Part shown: piece after piece, positions 1 through 10,326 of the stretch
Position numbering within the stretch: position 1 is the stretch's first letter
How the letters are laid out: the number at the start of each line of letters is the position of its first letter
DNA from: Chlamydiales bacterium
GTDB taxonomy: Bacteria > Chlamydiota > Chlamydiia > Chlamydiales > JACRBE01
DNA length: 56,652 bases
Reading direction: 5' to 3'
Assembly (NCBI GenBank): GCA_016213235.1
Contig: JACRBE010000047.1
Coordinates: forward strand, 1-56,652
Translations under genes and position numbers: made by a program
Notes under the pieces: model-generated
Databases searched by the model: none
Told to the model about the DNA's origin: nothing
Seen by the model: only the letters and a program-made list of their open reading frames with translations

Positions 1-610
1 AATGTTTGAGTGAGGTAATAATACCAGCCTGATGATAGCCATCGATCATGTTATTTGCAAAAAGGAGAAAATCCTCTGTCAGATTACCAAAAGAGCGTAT
101 GCCAATTACAGGATTTTTTGGATTGCTATTAATATCAACAACAGGTGCTAAATTCATATTAACTCCTACAGCAAGTAGCTCTTTTCCACTTGCAAAAGCA
201 TTAAGAGTAGCAAGCTTGGGATCGCTTGCCATGCTAAGCGCCCTATTTCCTGGGAAAATAGTAAATCCTTTACTTAGTCGATTAACAGCGCCACCTTCTT
301 GATCTAACGCAATAAAAAGAGGAATGGATCTCCTGTTTTCTTGTGTAAGTTGCTGAAGATTTAAACTTAATGTATATACCTGTTTTGGACTGCTTAATCC
401 ATTCGCCCAATTGTAATAAATAAAACCACCTACGTAATTGCTTTGAATTAAAGTTTTTGCATCATCGTTTACCTCTTTGCCATTAAAATGAACAAGGAGC
501 AATTGACCAACTTTCTCTTCCAAACTTAAATCATCCATGCAGTAAGTAGCAAAACAACCTGCTTGTACTAAATAAGTAATAACAATAAAACACAAAGACT
601 TAAGTGACAT
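1..610 (-). CDS. Glycoside hydrolase family 3 (NagZ-like beta-N-acetylhexosaminidase), 3' end outside window
   Basis: Manual translation from ATG at 610 (GGAGA upstream): MSLKSL...SLEEKVGQLLLV...IALDQEGGAVNRL...GVNMNLAPVVD...IGIRSF...SLKH, all GH3 motifs; not in ORF track because truncated. Confidence 0.9.
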   Translation of the reverse strand, partial: MSLKSLCFIVITYLVQAGCFATYCMDDLSLEEKVGQLLLVHFNGKEVNDDAKTLIQSNYVGGFIYYNWANGLSSPKQVYTLSLNLQQLTQENRRSIPLFIALDQEGGAVNRLSKGFTIFPGNRALSMASDPKLATLNAFASGKELLAVGVNMNLAPVVDINSNPKNPVIGIRSFGNLTEDFLLFANNMIDGYHQAGIITSLKH

Positions 611-786
611 AACATTCTCCAAAACATAGAAAGTCGATACTAGCATGAAGAAGACTTGAGTGGCAATAGTTGATAATTGTAATTTTGTTAAAAATAATTG
701 ATTTTGTTAGTCGTATATTATTTGTGTTTGTTAAAAAAAACACGATTTGATATTACAAAAATTAGAATAATGATTTATTGGTTTAT

Positions 787-2067
787 ATGATTAAAAAGAG
801 AAAATCTCCCTGGGTCGTATTAACTGCTATCGTTTTAGGGATGCTAGCAGGTGTTGCTCTTGGTAAGAATACAGCTATTTTTGGCGTTACCTTTTACTCC
901 GTGTTTGATCTTCTAGGTAAGATGTTTATTAATGCTTTAACACTGATTGTTGTTCCTTTAGTATCTAGCTCGATTATCTCGGGAATTGCAAGAGTAGGTA
1001 ATGAAAAGTCATTCAAGCGAATTGGCGCTAAGATGTTTACCTTTTACTTAGGAACAAGCCTCATTGCCATTTTAATCGGCCTTGTTATGATCAATATCAC
1101 TCACCCGGGAATAGGAAACCAGGAATTAAATCATCTATCGCAAACGGCAGCTAAGTCAGATATCAGCCAGTCTATTCAATCCGATCTTTCCTCTAATTTC
1201 GTTAAAGTCATCATGCAAATTGTGCCATCCAACGTCTTAAGTGCCTTTTCTCATGGTGAAATGTTAGGTCTTATCTTTTTCAGTTTGATCTTTGGTTTTG
1301 CTGTTTCTAAAATCGATGAGTCCTACTCTTCGTTGATTGTAGGATTTTCAAAGGGTATCTTTGATTCCATGATAGTTTTTACTCATATCATCATGAAAGT
1401 ATTACCTTTTGGGGTGTTTTGTCTTGTTGCAAAAGAATTTGCCATTACAGGCTTTGCATCGCTAGTGCCTCTTGTTTATTTCTTTTTGACTGTGCTAGGT
1501 GCGCTTGTTGCATATATGTTCATCGCTCTTCCTTTGCTTTTAAAAGTAATCGCAAGAGTAAAACCTGTACGCCTTTTTAAATCGATGGCCCCAGCGCTTA
1601 TCACTGCATTTTCTACATCTTCTTCTTCTGCAACACTACCTATTACCATCGATTGTGTAGAAAAAAGAGCTGGCGTTTCCAATAAGATTTGCTCCCTTGT
1701 TATTCCCCTTGGAACCTCTATCAATATGGCAGGATCTGCACTTTATGAATGTGTAGCTGCCATGTTTATAGCGCAAGTATATGGGATAGAAATTACCTTT
1801 ACAGTCCAATTTATCGTCGTGATACTAGCCCTGGTTACCTCAATCGGTGTTGCCGGGGTCCCGTCTGCGTCACTCGTTGTAATTATCGTCATATTAAACT
1901 CTATCGGCCTACCAGCAGATGGTATTGGCCTTATCCTGGCAGTAGATCGTATCCTTGATATGTGCCGAACTACCGTTAATGTCTTTAGCGATAGCTGCTG
2001 CGCTATACTCGTTGCCGCGACAGAAGGGGAAAAAGAGATCCTTACCAAAGATGTTTTTACTGAATAA
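787..2067 (+). CDS. Dicarboxylate/amino acid:cation (DAACS) symporter
   Basis: AFSTSSSSATLP, GTSINMAGSALY and DMCRTTVNV motifs; many TM helices. Confidence 0.93.
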   Translation: MIKKRKSPWVVLTAIVLGMLAGVALGKNTAIFGVTFYSVFDLLGKMFINALTLIVVPLVSSSIISGIARVGNEKSFKRIGAKMFTFYLGTSLIAILIGLVMINITHPGIGNQELNHLSQTAAKSDISQSIQSDLSSNFVKVIMQIVPSNVLSAFSHGEMLGLIFFSLIFGFAVSKIDESYSSLIVGFSKGIFDSMIVFTHIIMKVLPFGVFCLVAKEFAITGFASLVPLVYFFLTVLGALVAYMFIALPLLLKVIARVKPVRLFKSMAPALITAFSTSSSSATLPITIDCVEKRAGVSNKICSLVIPLGTSINMAGSALYECVAAMFIAQVYGIEITFTVQFIVVILALVTSIGVAGVPSASLVVIIVILNSIGLPADGIGLILAVDRILDMCRTTVNVFSDSCCAILVAATEGEKEILTKDVFTE

Positions 2068-2121
2068 TTGATAATCCATAACCATCGTAATTTAGCTGCA
2101 AAACAACAACAAAGGGAATTT

Positions 2122-2571
2122 TTATAGCAGTGCTCTTGAAGAGACAAAAGTAATATATCCCCGTCGCCCACCCTCTCTTGTCCAGAACTTGATCGATTTT
2201 TCAATTCTCTTAAGGCAAAGATATAACTCGTCTATTGTTATTATGGTGGGGGAAAACTCATCGATTGCAACTAGGGAAGGTAACCCAAGCCTCCAGTTGC
2301 AAATATTTTTAACTCTTCCAAAGATATCTTGTTGGGTCTTACTAAGATTGCACTGTAATATTGGAGTAGAAGAGGGGTCCCTTTGTAAATATTTATAATA
2401 AATTAAGAGTTGTTCTACGACGTAGAGCATCTCATAATCACAAAGTCCAGGATCCTCTTGCACATTGGAAAGGAGAGTCCATTCAATATTTTGTAGGACA
2501 TCAAGATATTTCTCTTCGAATGCTGTTGTCATTTGACCACCATAGTTTGAAATTAAAAGGATATTGTCCAT
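2122..2571 (-). CDS. Hypothetical protein
   Basis: 149-aa ORF filling the gap; start may be the downstream MTTAFEE. Confidence 0.7.
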   Translation of the reverse strand: MDNILLISNYGGQMTTAFEEKYLDVLQNIEWTLLSNVQEDPGLCDYEMLYVVEQLLIYYKYLQRDPSSTPILQCNLSKTQQDIFGRVKNICNWRLGLPSLVAIDEFSPTIITIDELYLCLKRIEKSIKFWTREGGRRGYITFVSSRALL

Positions 2572-2731
2572 ATATGCTATATTTTTGACAAATAAATGAT
2601 AGCCGGGATGTTTTTGATGAATAGTTAAAACAGTAATAAATAAAATAATCTTTTATTATAAATCACTTTTTTTTATTAATAAATTTGTTTTTTTTCATTA
2701 TGTGCTTAACTTGTGTTATTAAAAGGAGAGA

Positions 2732-3343
2732 ATGATGATTACACCAGCGATTCAAAAAGTTTCTTTAAACTATCAAAATTATTTTGATAATTATGCTCTA
2801 AACCCATGTGCAGATGAACTTACCTGCACTAGCAAACTAGCGGCTCTTGCCATCACTTTTTTTGCAACATGTGCAACAGCAGGATTGTTTTTAATGGGTA
2901 TTGTTATCTATAACAGCTACAATATTGCGACTCGAACAGCTCTAGCCACAACGGCTGGTAATTTAGCCACGCGTACCAGCTCCGTATCTCACTCAGATAA
3001 TTTTACAATACGTCAAGGTATGACACAGGGCGAATTCAAAACAGAGTGTTTAGCATTTGTTAAAGAGCTATTAGAAGAAAATAAGTCTCGAGGAGATCTC
3101 GGGAAACGTTTTACAATGAATCTCAGAAGAAATGGTGACGGTGAGATAGTTCAGCTTTATCTTTTCTTTACAAAGGAAATTACTTTGGGTGTGGCTCGCT
3201 CTGTTTTTCAAGACATTGAACAAGACATTTTAAGGACAGAAGGTTTTAAAATTTCATTTGTTAATACAGATAGACAGCACCGGATGCGCAGCGATCGGGC
3301 TTTTTATAAGGTTGTTTTACGGACTCATAGCATAACAATTTAA
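2732..3343 (+). CDS. Hypothetical membrane protein (Inc-like hydrophobic segment)
   Basis: AGGAG RBS; long hydrophobic stretch at about aa 37-60; followed by a terminator. Confidence 0.7.
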   Translation: MMITPAIQKVSLNYQNYFDNYALNPCADELTCTSKLAALAITFFATCATAGLFLMGIVIYNSYNIATRTALATTAGNLATRTSSVSHSDNFTIRQGMTQGEFKTECLAFVKELLEENKSRGDLGKRFTMNLRRNGDGEIVQLYLFFTKEITLGVARSVFQDIEQDILRTEGFKISFVNTDRQHRMRSDRAFYKVVLRTHSITI

Positions 3344-3359
3344 AACTTTTATACGTAAT

Positions 3360-3391
3360 AGAGATCTACTTGTGTTAGCAAGTAGATCTCT
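3360..3391. terminator. Bidirectional intrinsic terminator
   Basis: AGAGATCTACTTG-tgttag-CAAGTAGATCTCT perfect 13-bp stem between convergent genes. Confidence 0.8.
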
Positions 3392-3398
3392 TTCCTTT

Positions 3399-4691
3399 TT
3401 AAGGAAGCGCAGATGGATCATGTGCTTTATGTTTTGTATCTTTAATGCCAATTAAACAAATGAGAGCAAACACAAGGAATATCGGAATTAATAAAAAAGC
3501 CATCTTGTATGCATGAACGGAAAAAATTCTGGCTCCATTCAGCATTTGTCCTGTCCAGTAAGTGTCCAGGATTTTTCCGGCAAGCGGATCTGAAATGGCT
3601 CCAAAAAGAGCATCAAATGCATTCATAAAACCAATCGCTGTAGCTGCAATAACAGGAGCATGACGCTCTTGTATCATCGTAAAGCATAGCAGGAAGCTAC
3701 TGATGGAAAATCCAAATAAAAATAACATCATCGTAAGTAGAGGTTGGAAGAATACGGGAGCATAAATAACGATACTAATGGTGATTAAAGAAGATACAGT
3801 TCCCCAAAACATCACAAGCTTTCTTTTGCCTATCCAATCAGAAAACCATCCAAAGATAGGAGCTCCAACTGCAAAACCAATAAATATTAAAGAAACAGCC
3901 TGCGCTGCTAAATTGTGGGTAAGTGCATAAGCATCTTTAATATAAGATACACCCCAAAGGCCGCCAAATACCATTACAGGAGCAAAAGCGCATCCGCTAT
4001 AAAGAGAAAGAAGCCAGGATTGAGAATTGGTTAAAATCTTTTTTAAACTCTTGAGGATGGAAGCTTTTTCAGAAGAAAATTTCTTTTCTAGGCGCTTTTC
4101 AGGGGAAGCATCCCTTACAACCATTAAGAAGAGTAGCGCTAAGCCAAATCCCACAAGCGCGATTACTTCCATTACGCTTCGCCAAGAGGATAATTCAATC
4201 AATGCAGAAAGGGGCGCCTGGCCACCTACTGCGCCTAGCATCGCAAGAGTCATCATGAGTCCCGCCATAAGAGCAAATTGTCTTGGAGGGAACCAGGTAG
4301 AGGTGAGCTTTAAACAATTGATAGCAGCAAAAGCAGCTCCGGCTCCCGCAATAAAGCGACCTAAACAAGCAACGATTAAAGTGTCAGATCTTGCAAAAAT
4401 AAATGCACCAAGAGCACATACAGCAATAGAGAGTGTAGTTACTTTTCGAGGTCCAAATCGATCAATCAAAAGACCTGCCGGAATTTGCAGAATAAGGTAT
4501 GCATAAAAATAGGAAGCCGCAAGATTGCCAAGGTCAGTACCATTAATGTGAAAAGCATCCATTAAGGTAGAAGTCATGATACTTGGAGAAATTTCTATAG
4601 CATATTTGTAAAACATAAACCCGGCGCTCAGTAGCCATATGGTCCATGCATGAAAATAAAGTTTTACCTTTTTTGAACGAGTGGCACTCAT
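3399..4691 (-). CDS. MFS transporter
   Basis: GLLIDRFGPRK and GWFSDWIGKRK MFS loop motifs; about 12 TM helices. Confidence 0.92.
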   Translation of the reverse strand: MSATRSKKVKLYFHAWTIWLLSAGFMFYKYAIEISPSIMTSTLMDAFHINGTDLGNLAASYFYAYLILQIPAGLLIDRFGPRKVTTLSIAVCALGAFIFARSDTLIVACLGRFIAGAGAAFAAINCLKLTSTWFPPRQFALMAGLMMTLAMLGAVGGQAPLSALIELSSWRSVMEVIALVGFGLALLFLMVVRDASPEKRLEKKFSSEKASILKSLKKILTNSQSWLLSLYSGCAFAPVMVFGGLWGVSYIKDAYALTHNLAAQAVSLIFIGFAVGAPIFGWFSDWIGKRKLVMFWGTVSSLITISIVIYAPVFFQPLLTMMLFLFGFSISSFLLCFTMIQERHAPVIAATAIGFMNAFDALFGAISDPLAGKILDTYWTGQMLNGARIFSVHAYKMAFLLIPIFLVFALICLIGIKDTKHKAHDPSALP

Positions 4692-4809
4692 AAAATCCCT
4701 ACAACAGTTATTGTTTTAAAGATAATAAAACAGCTCCTTGTATTATGAAAAGAGATTTTTCTTTACAAATTTTTTATTTGGTGCATAACGTGAAGTATGA
4801 GGATAGCAT

Positions 4810-5973
4810 ATGCGCACAGGAATAAAAGAATTAGACCGTCTTTATGCCGAGTTCCAGAAGGCAGCAAAAAAAATGGTTGGGTATCCGATTCATCAGGCCT
4901 TTGATTATTCCAAATTATTTCATTTTTTACAGTTTCATATTAATAACTTAGGCGATCCATTTCTTGATAGTTGGCATTATAAAATCAATACATTAAAAAT
5001 CGAAAAAGAAGTAATAGATCACGTAGCAAAACTATTCCATGCCCCAAAGGATAATTATTGGGGTTATGTTACAAATGGGGGAACAGAGGGCAATTTATAT
5101 GGTCTTTATGTAGCTCGTGAATTGCATCCGGAGGGTGTTGTGTTTTATTCCGATCAAACACACTATAGCGTGCCAAAAAATTTACGACTACTCAGAATGC
5201 GAGGAGTAAAAGTCAAATCACAACCAAATGGAGAGGTGGATTATCAAGCGTTGCAACATGCTATTATCCATGAAGAGAAAACTCCGATTATTTTAGCTAA
5301 TATTGGCACCACGATGCGAGGTGCTGTAGATGATGTTGCTAAAATCAAAGAGATTTTATCTGATTTGAATATAGAAAAATATTACATCCACTGCGATGCG
5401 GCATTCTTTGGTATGATTCTTCCTTTTATTTCAGAACTCGAGTCACAATTTTTTGATTTTAGACTTGGTATAGATAGTATGGCTATCAGCGGCCATAAAA
5501 TGATTGGCACGCCAATGCCTTGCGGTATAGTGCTGGTTAATAAAACGCATGTAGATCAAGTGGGGTCTTATATCGAATACACAGGATCTAAAGATAATAC
5601 TATTTCAGGATCCCGTAATGGATTAACACCTCTATTTTTATGGTATGAGTTAAATTATAATAAGCGTGGCAATCTGGTAGAAGTAACAAAAGATTGTCTT
5701 AAGAGAGCAGGTTATGCTCTAAAAAAATTTAATGATGCTGGCATTGAAGCTTGGCGAAATAAAAACTCTATCATTGTTGTTTTTCCAAGACCTAGCGATA
5801 AGATCATTAAAAAATGGCAACTTGCTGTAGAGGGGGACATTGCACATATGATTACGCTCCCTCATTTATCGTATAAGGTAATTGATCAAGTGGTAGCGCA
5901 AGTGGTGTCCGATTTAAAAACGAATTCTAATAAGAAACAGACAAGAAAAAAAAGACCTACACACTCCTCTTAA
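4810..5973 (+). CDS. hdc: PLP-dependent histidine decarboxylase-like protein (group II decarboxylase)
   Basis: INNLGDPF, WGYVTNGGTEGNLYG, HYSV, NIGTT, IHCDAA and SGHK (PLP lysine), ISGSRNG. Confidence 0.85.
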   Translation: MRTGIKELDRLYAEFQKAAKKMVGYPIHQAFDYSKLFHFLQFHINNLGDPFLDSWHYKINTLKIEKEVIDHVAKLFHAPKDNYWGYVTNGGTEGNLYGLYVARELHPEGVVFYSDQTHYSVPKNLRLLRMRGVKVKSQPNGEVDYQALQHAIIHEEKTPIILANIGTTMRGAVDDVAKIKEILSDLNIEKYYIHCDAAFFGMILPFISELESQFFDFRLGIDSMAISGHKMIGTPMPCGIVLVNKTHVDQVGSYIEYTGSKDNTISGSRNGLTPLFLWYELNYNKRGNLVEVTKDCLKRAGYALKKFNDAGIEAWRNKNSIIVVFPRPSDKIIKKWQLAVEGDIAHMITLPHLSYKVIDQVVAQVVSDLKTNSNKKQTRKKRPTHSS

Positions 5974-5988
5974 GTTAGGAAAAATAGG

Positions 5989-7281
5989 ATGAGTTTTTCA
6001 AAAAAAGAACAGAGAAACGTTTTATTTGCAGTATCGATAGGTAATCTCTTAGAGTGGTATGAAATTTACCTCTATGTTTACTGGGCGCCTATTATTGGAA
6101 AACTCTTTTTTCAACAAGACAATTCAGATGGTGGTATTTCTAGCTTAACAAAAACGTTCCTGATTTTTGCAATGGGTTTTTTAGCACGACCTATCGGTGG
6201 CTTATTTTTTGGAAGACTAGGAGATTTAGTTGGTAGAAAAAAATCATTAATTCTATCTCTTATTATCATGGTAATACCAACATTTGTGACAGGGTTACTG
6301 CCAACTTATGAGCAAATCGGCAAGTATGCACCATTTATCTTAGTCGCCATGCGTATTTTACAATCCTTTCCCGCTGGTGGAGAATTGCCAGGGGCCTTTT
6401 GTTATTTATATGAGAGCTCTAAAGCAACAAATAGAAGATTTTTTTGTAGCTGGGGGGCTTTTGGTTATCAGATAGGAATTTTAATTAGCACGCTTGAATG
6501 TTTTCTCTTGGAAAGATTCTTATCTGTAGAAGATCTTATTCAATGGGGATGGAGATTTTCTTTTCTAGTCGGAGGTCTTATTGGGCTATGTGGTCTGTAT
6601 TTACGTTATAAGTTACATGAAACCCCTCTATATCGAGAAATGGAAACACATTTAAAAGTAGTAAGAGAACCAATATTAGGAGTGCTTTATAAATATAAAA
6701 GGCAAATCTTCATGGGTATTTTGTTTTGCGCACTAAACTCTTCTTCCTTTTACCTACTGTCTGTGAATTTCCCTGTCTTATTTGGGAAAGTGCTCGGAAC
6801 CCCCTATTCCAGTAATTTGATTGTTACTTCTCTGCTAATTATTTTAGTCACTGTACCCCTCCCACTTTTCGGTATGTTAGCAGATAGATATGACAATAAA
6901 AAAATACTCATCTCCTCTACGATTGCAATACTTGTTTTATTATATCCACTCTATCTTTCCATTACCTATTCTTCTGTAGTGTTCATGGGAATAATCATGC
7001 TTCTTTTTAGCTTGTTGTTTACCTGCCTCTCTGCTCTTATTCCCTTTATACTAGCTGATCTTTTTCCAACTTATGTCCGTTTTACTTGTGTTGGAGTGAG
7101 CTTTAATATGGTAGATGCAGTGATTGGAGGATTTACACCAGTTATTGCATTATACTTATTGAATATCACAGGAAAAGACGCTTCCTTTTGCTGGTTTTTA
7201 ATGATATGTGCCCTACTTTCCCTTTGTGGTTATCTCATGATGAAGAAAAAACATCCGATAGAAGATAAAACAAATACTTAA
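5989..7281 (+). CDS. MHS-family (ProP-like) MFS transporter
   Basis: GNLLEWYE, GFLARPIGG, GGELPGA, WGWRFSF, LHETP. Confidence 0.9.
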   Translation: MSFSKKEQRNVLFAVSIGNLLEWYEIYLYVYWAPIIGKLFFQQDNSDGGISSLTKTFLIFAMGFLARPIGGLFFGRLGDLVGRKKSLILSLIIMVIPTFVTGLLPTYEQIGKYAPFILVAMRILQSFPAGGELPGAFCYLYESSKATNRRFFCSWGAFGYQIGILISTLECFLLERFLSVEDLIQWGWRFSFLVGGLIGLCGLYLRYKLHETPLYREMETHLKVVREPILGVLYKYKRQIFMGILFCALNSSSFYLLSVNFPVLFGKVLGTPYSSNLIVTSLLIILVTVPLPLFGMLADRYDNKKILISSTIAILVLLYPLYLSITYSSVVFMGIIMLLFSLLFTCLSALIPFILADLFPTYVRFTCVGVSFNMVDAVIGGFTPVIALYLLNITGKDASFCWFLMICALLSLCGYLMMKKKHPIEDKTNT

Positions 7282-7354
7282 AAATTTTAATTGCTCAATT
7301 TTCTTAGCCCCGTTATACATTGATAATTACTTATAGCTATCTTTAGGAGCCATT

Positions 7355-8230
7355 ATGAAATTATCATGGATTACCGGAATAAAGTTGACTGTTGTATGTT
7401 TACTGGGACAACTGGGCATCTCTTCCACTGCTAGTGCAGTGTTTTTTCCTTATCCACCACCAACATTTACGTACCTTTTAACGTCTGAAGATTATGATCA
7501 ATATTCTGTTGTATCGTATATCAATTTGATTGCTTTTGCAGAGATTTTACCACATGTTTATACGAATATTCCCGGTATCTTCACTTCTTCGCCGTTTAAT
7601 CCAAGTCTTCTTACCCCGGTAAATATCCCTTTTACTCAAGGTGAGATACAAAATTTTCAAGCCCAGATCAGCGCTGCTATTGATGCAATGTATCGTGTTG
7701 TTATGACAATTACGGTACCACCCGGAGCAAACAGAAACTTTGTGATTAATGCTCTTGCTGCTATTTCACAAAATATTGCTTTCAATAATTTTAATGGGGT
7801 AAGAACAGCTTTAACTGCATTATTAACTCAGATGAACTATTGGGCTGTAGAATTTAGCAATAACCAAGTGGGAGCTCCTCCTCTTGCTCCACCAAACCTC
7901 CTTGTTCCTCCAATCCGAAGTCAACCAACGCATTTACAAGCATATCTTTGGATATATTGCGTATATAGTATAGCGTATCAAATTATTCCCGGTGCTACAT
8001 TGTCACAGTTAATCAGCTGGTATAGTAGTACACAATTCCAAAAAGGGCTTCGACTTGCTATTGATAACATTATTCCTATGCAAATTTTTCCGGATAGTAC
8101 CGTGCACCTAGCATTCCAGAGTTATGACTTTGTAAATAATGCAATAGCTCGCGGCACTTTTACAGAGCGAACACTCAATCAGGTCATGCCTCCTTTGCGA
8201 CAGGCTTTTTGGCAACTTACGCCTAAATAA
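7355..8230 (+). CDS. Hypothetical secreted protein
   Basis: AGGAG RBS; signal peptide ending ASA; 291 aa, no recognised family. Confidence 0.75.
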   Translation: MKLSWITGIKLTVVCLLGQLGISSTASAVFFPYPPPTFTYLLTSEDYDQYSVVSYINLIAFAEILPHVYTNIPGIFTSSPFNPSLLTPVNIPFTQGEIQNFQAQISAAIDAMYRVVMTITVPPGANRNFVINALAAISQNIAFNNFNGVRTALTALLTQMNYWAVEFSNNQVGAPPLAPPNLLVPPIRSQPTHLQAYLWIYCVYSIAYQIIPGATLSQLISWYSSTQFQKGLRLAIDNIIPMQIFPDSTVHLAFQSYDFVNNAIARGTFTERTLNQVMPPLRQAFWQLTPK

Positions 8231-8290
8231 CGATATGTGAAAAAAAATGAGAAAATAAAAACAAACAAACTTATAACAGGTATCATAGTT

Positions 8291-9142
8291 ATGAAAAAAT
8301 TAGTATACGGAGCAATCTTTTCTCTTACTTGTGCAAGTCTTTCAGCTCTTCCTGTTGGCAACCCTTCCGAGTCGAGTCTTATGAAGGAAGGTGTATGTTG
8401 GCAAAAAGGGGACGATGGAGTGCGCCATCCTTGGCTAGATCACTTTAGTATCCGTGCAGGGTATTATGGAGATTTTGAGTTTAACAGACATACAAAAGTA
8501 TCCCAAGATGTTTCTCATCAGCATATGAATAGAACATCGATTTATACTAATGCTGGATACTTAGCTTTTAACTTTTATGACTGCGTAGATCTATTTACTA
8601 CGCTCGGAGTATCTAAAATCTATATGCAAGGTGATGCTGCTGTGTTTGGAAGCGGCGCTGCAGGTCAATGGCTGGATATGGAAACTAATTCAGACTTTTC
8701 TTGGAGCGTTGGAGCAAGGGCAACCCTTTTCCAATATGCAGGGATGTCGATTGGATTAGAGGGTCAATATTTTGCTACAAGTCCTGATCTGTCACGCATT
8801 ACACAAGCTGCAGCCTTTACTACTTATCATTCTTTTGATCTAAGTTATAGTGACTGGCAAGTGGGCCTTGGAGTGTCTTATAAGATCGATGCTGTTATTC
8901 CAACGATACCCTACCTTGCTATAAAATGGTCTCAAGTAAATATAGACATGGATAATTTTAATTTAGCTAAAGCACTTCCTAATACACTCTTTGATTTGAC
9001 GCTTTATAATCTAAATAGCCAAAGACACTTGGGATATGCAGCCGGGGTCTCTTTCCTGGACTCTGAGGAAATTAGCGTAACAGTAGAAGCTTCGTTTATC
9101 GATTCGAAAGCTCTCTATGCCAATTTTCAACTTCGCTTCTAA
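8291..9142 (+). CDS. Chlamydial MOMP/OmpA-like outer-membrane porin
   Basis: Signal peptide then ALPVGNPSE, RAGYYGDF, TNAGYLAFN, FSWSVGARA, WQVGLGVSY, C-terminal QLRF. Confidence 0.88.
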   Translation: MKKLVYGAIFSLTCASLSALPVGNPSESSLMKEGVCWQKGDDGVRHPWLDHFSIRAGYYGDFEFNRHTKVSQDVSHQHMNRTSIYTNAGYLAFNFYDCVDLFTTLGVSKIYMQGDAAVFGSGAAGQWLDMETNSDFSWSVGARATLFQYAGMSIGLEGQYFATSPDLSRITQAAAFTTYHSFDLSYSDWQVGLGVSYKIDAVIPTIPYLAIKWSQVNIDMDNFNLAKALPNTLFDLTLYNLNSQRHLGYAAGVSFLDSEEISVTVEASFIDSKALYANFQLRF

Positions 9143-9162
9143 TAGTGATTTCATAATGATCA

Positions 9163-9193
9163 AACAAACCCATCTCTTACAGATGGGTTTGTT
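9163..9193 (+). terminator. Intrinsic terminator
   Basis: AACAAACCCATCT-cttac-AGATGGGTTTGTT hairpin after the porin gene. Confidence 0.75.
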
Positions 9194-9471
9194 ATTTGCA
9201 TAATAATTATAAAAAATACGTTTGTTAACTATTTGTTCATTGGACTTAGTGTCTCTATCGTAATGATTGTTATCTGCTATATATTCATGACATTTACAGC
9301 GATACTTATTGCAGCGCTTGAACATTATTGGCTAATAACTACGTTTAGCAAAAAGAAAACATCTTTAACATTGCCCTAAAGGTATACTCATCATAGGAGC
9401 TATGATTCAAAACTTGCAATTTCTCTATGAAAAAGGTATGTAGGAGTTTTAGATTAAAAAAAATACTATAT

Positions 9472-10326
9472 ATGAAGCGATATGTTTTAATTACAGCTCT
9501 CTTAATTGCTCTTGGTATCATCATTAGCTTATCGCTTGCGTTAATGCATCCGAAGAAAAACAAAAAAGAGCTTGTTCTTTATGGTAACGTTGATGTTCGT
9601 CAGGTAGATATTGGGTTTAGAGTTGCAGGACAGGTAGAAAAACTCCTTTTTGAAGAGGGGGATAAAGTTGTCAAAGGATCTCTGATGGCTACTTTAGATA
9701 AAACTCCTTATGACAATGAAGTAAGACAAGCTCAGGCAACAGTAGATGCAACGATTGCAAATCTTGATAATGCTGAAAAACTGTTACAAAGACGTTTAGA
9801 ATTAATTGGCATAGGTGGTGTATCCCAAGAAGATCTTGATAACTCTTTAGCAAATCGTGATGAGTTGACAGCAAATCTAGTGCAGGCTAAGGCATCACTT
9901 GCTATTGCTTTGGATAACATGGCTTATACGAAAGCTTTTGCTCCAACAGATGGTATTATCCTAACACGTATTAGAGAACCGGGTACTGTGGTTAATCCGG
10001 CAAACCCTGTATATACACTTTCTGTCAGCTCTCCGGTATGGATTCGGGCCTTTGTAGATGAACCAGACCTGGGGCAGGTCTACTATGGCATGAATGCAGA
10101 AATTTATACCGATATTGAAGATGGTGAAGTATACACAGGGAAAGTAGGTTTTATTTCTCCTGTTGCTGAATTTACTCCTAAAACAGTAGAGACTACCAAA
10201 TTGCGCACCGATCTTGTTTATCGCCTGCGCATTTATGCAGATAATCCGGATCATTTTCTAGTACAGGGTATGCCAGTTACTGTAAAACTTAAGCTCAAAA
10301 AAACAAATAGAGGAAAAAGTGGGTGA
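9472..10326 (+). CDS. ybhG: HlyD-family membrane fusion protein (YbhG-like)
   Basis: LYGNVDVRQV, FISPVAEFTPKTVET..LRTDLVYRLRI, QGMPVTV. Confidence 0.88.
   Translation: MKRYVLITALLIALGIIISLSLALMHPKKNKKELVLYGNVDVRQVDIGFRVAGQVEKLLFEEGDKVVKGSLMATLDKTPYDNEVRQAQATVDATIANLDNAEKLLQRRLELIGIGGVSQEDLDNSLANRDELTANLVQAKASLAIALDNMAYTKAFAPTDGIILTRIREPGTVVNPANPVYTLSVSSPVWIRAFVDEPDLGQVYYGMNAEIYTDIEDGEVYTGKVGFISPVAEFTPKTVETTKLRTDLVYRLRIYADNPDHFLVQGMPVTVKLKLKKTNRGKSG

Noticed and set aside
48..302. Plus-strand 84-aa ORF, and other shadow ORFs such as 1743-2204, 4027-4506, 18243-18785 and 35053-35418
   Set aside because: They are antisense to or nested in well-supported genes and have no motifs
9200..9379. Hydrophobic open frame between the porin terminator and ybhG
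   Set aside because: No convincing start or RBS; AT-rich DNA readily gives hydrophobic frames
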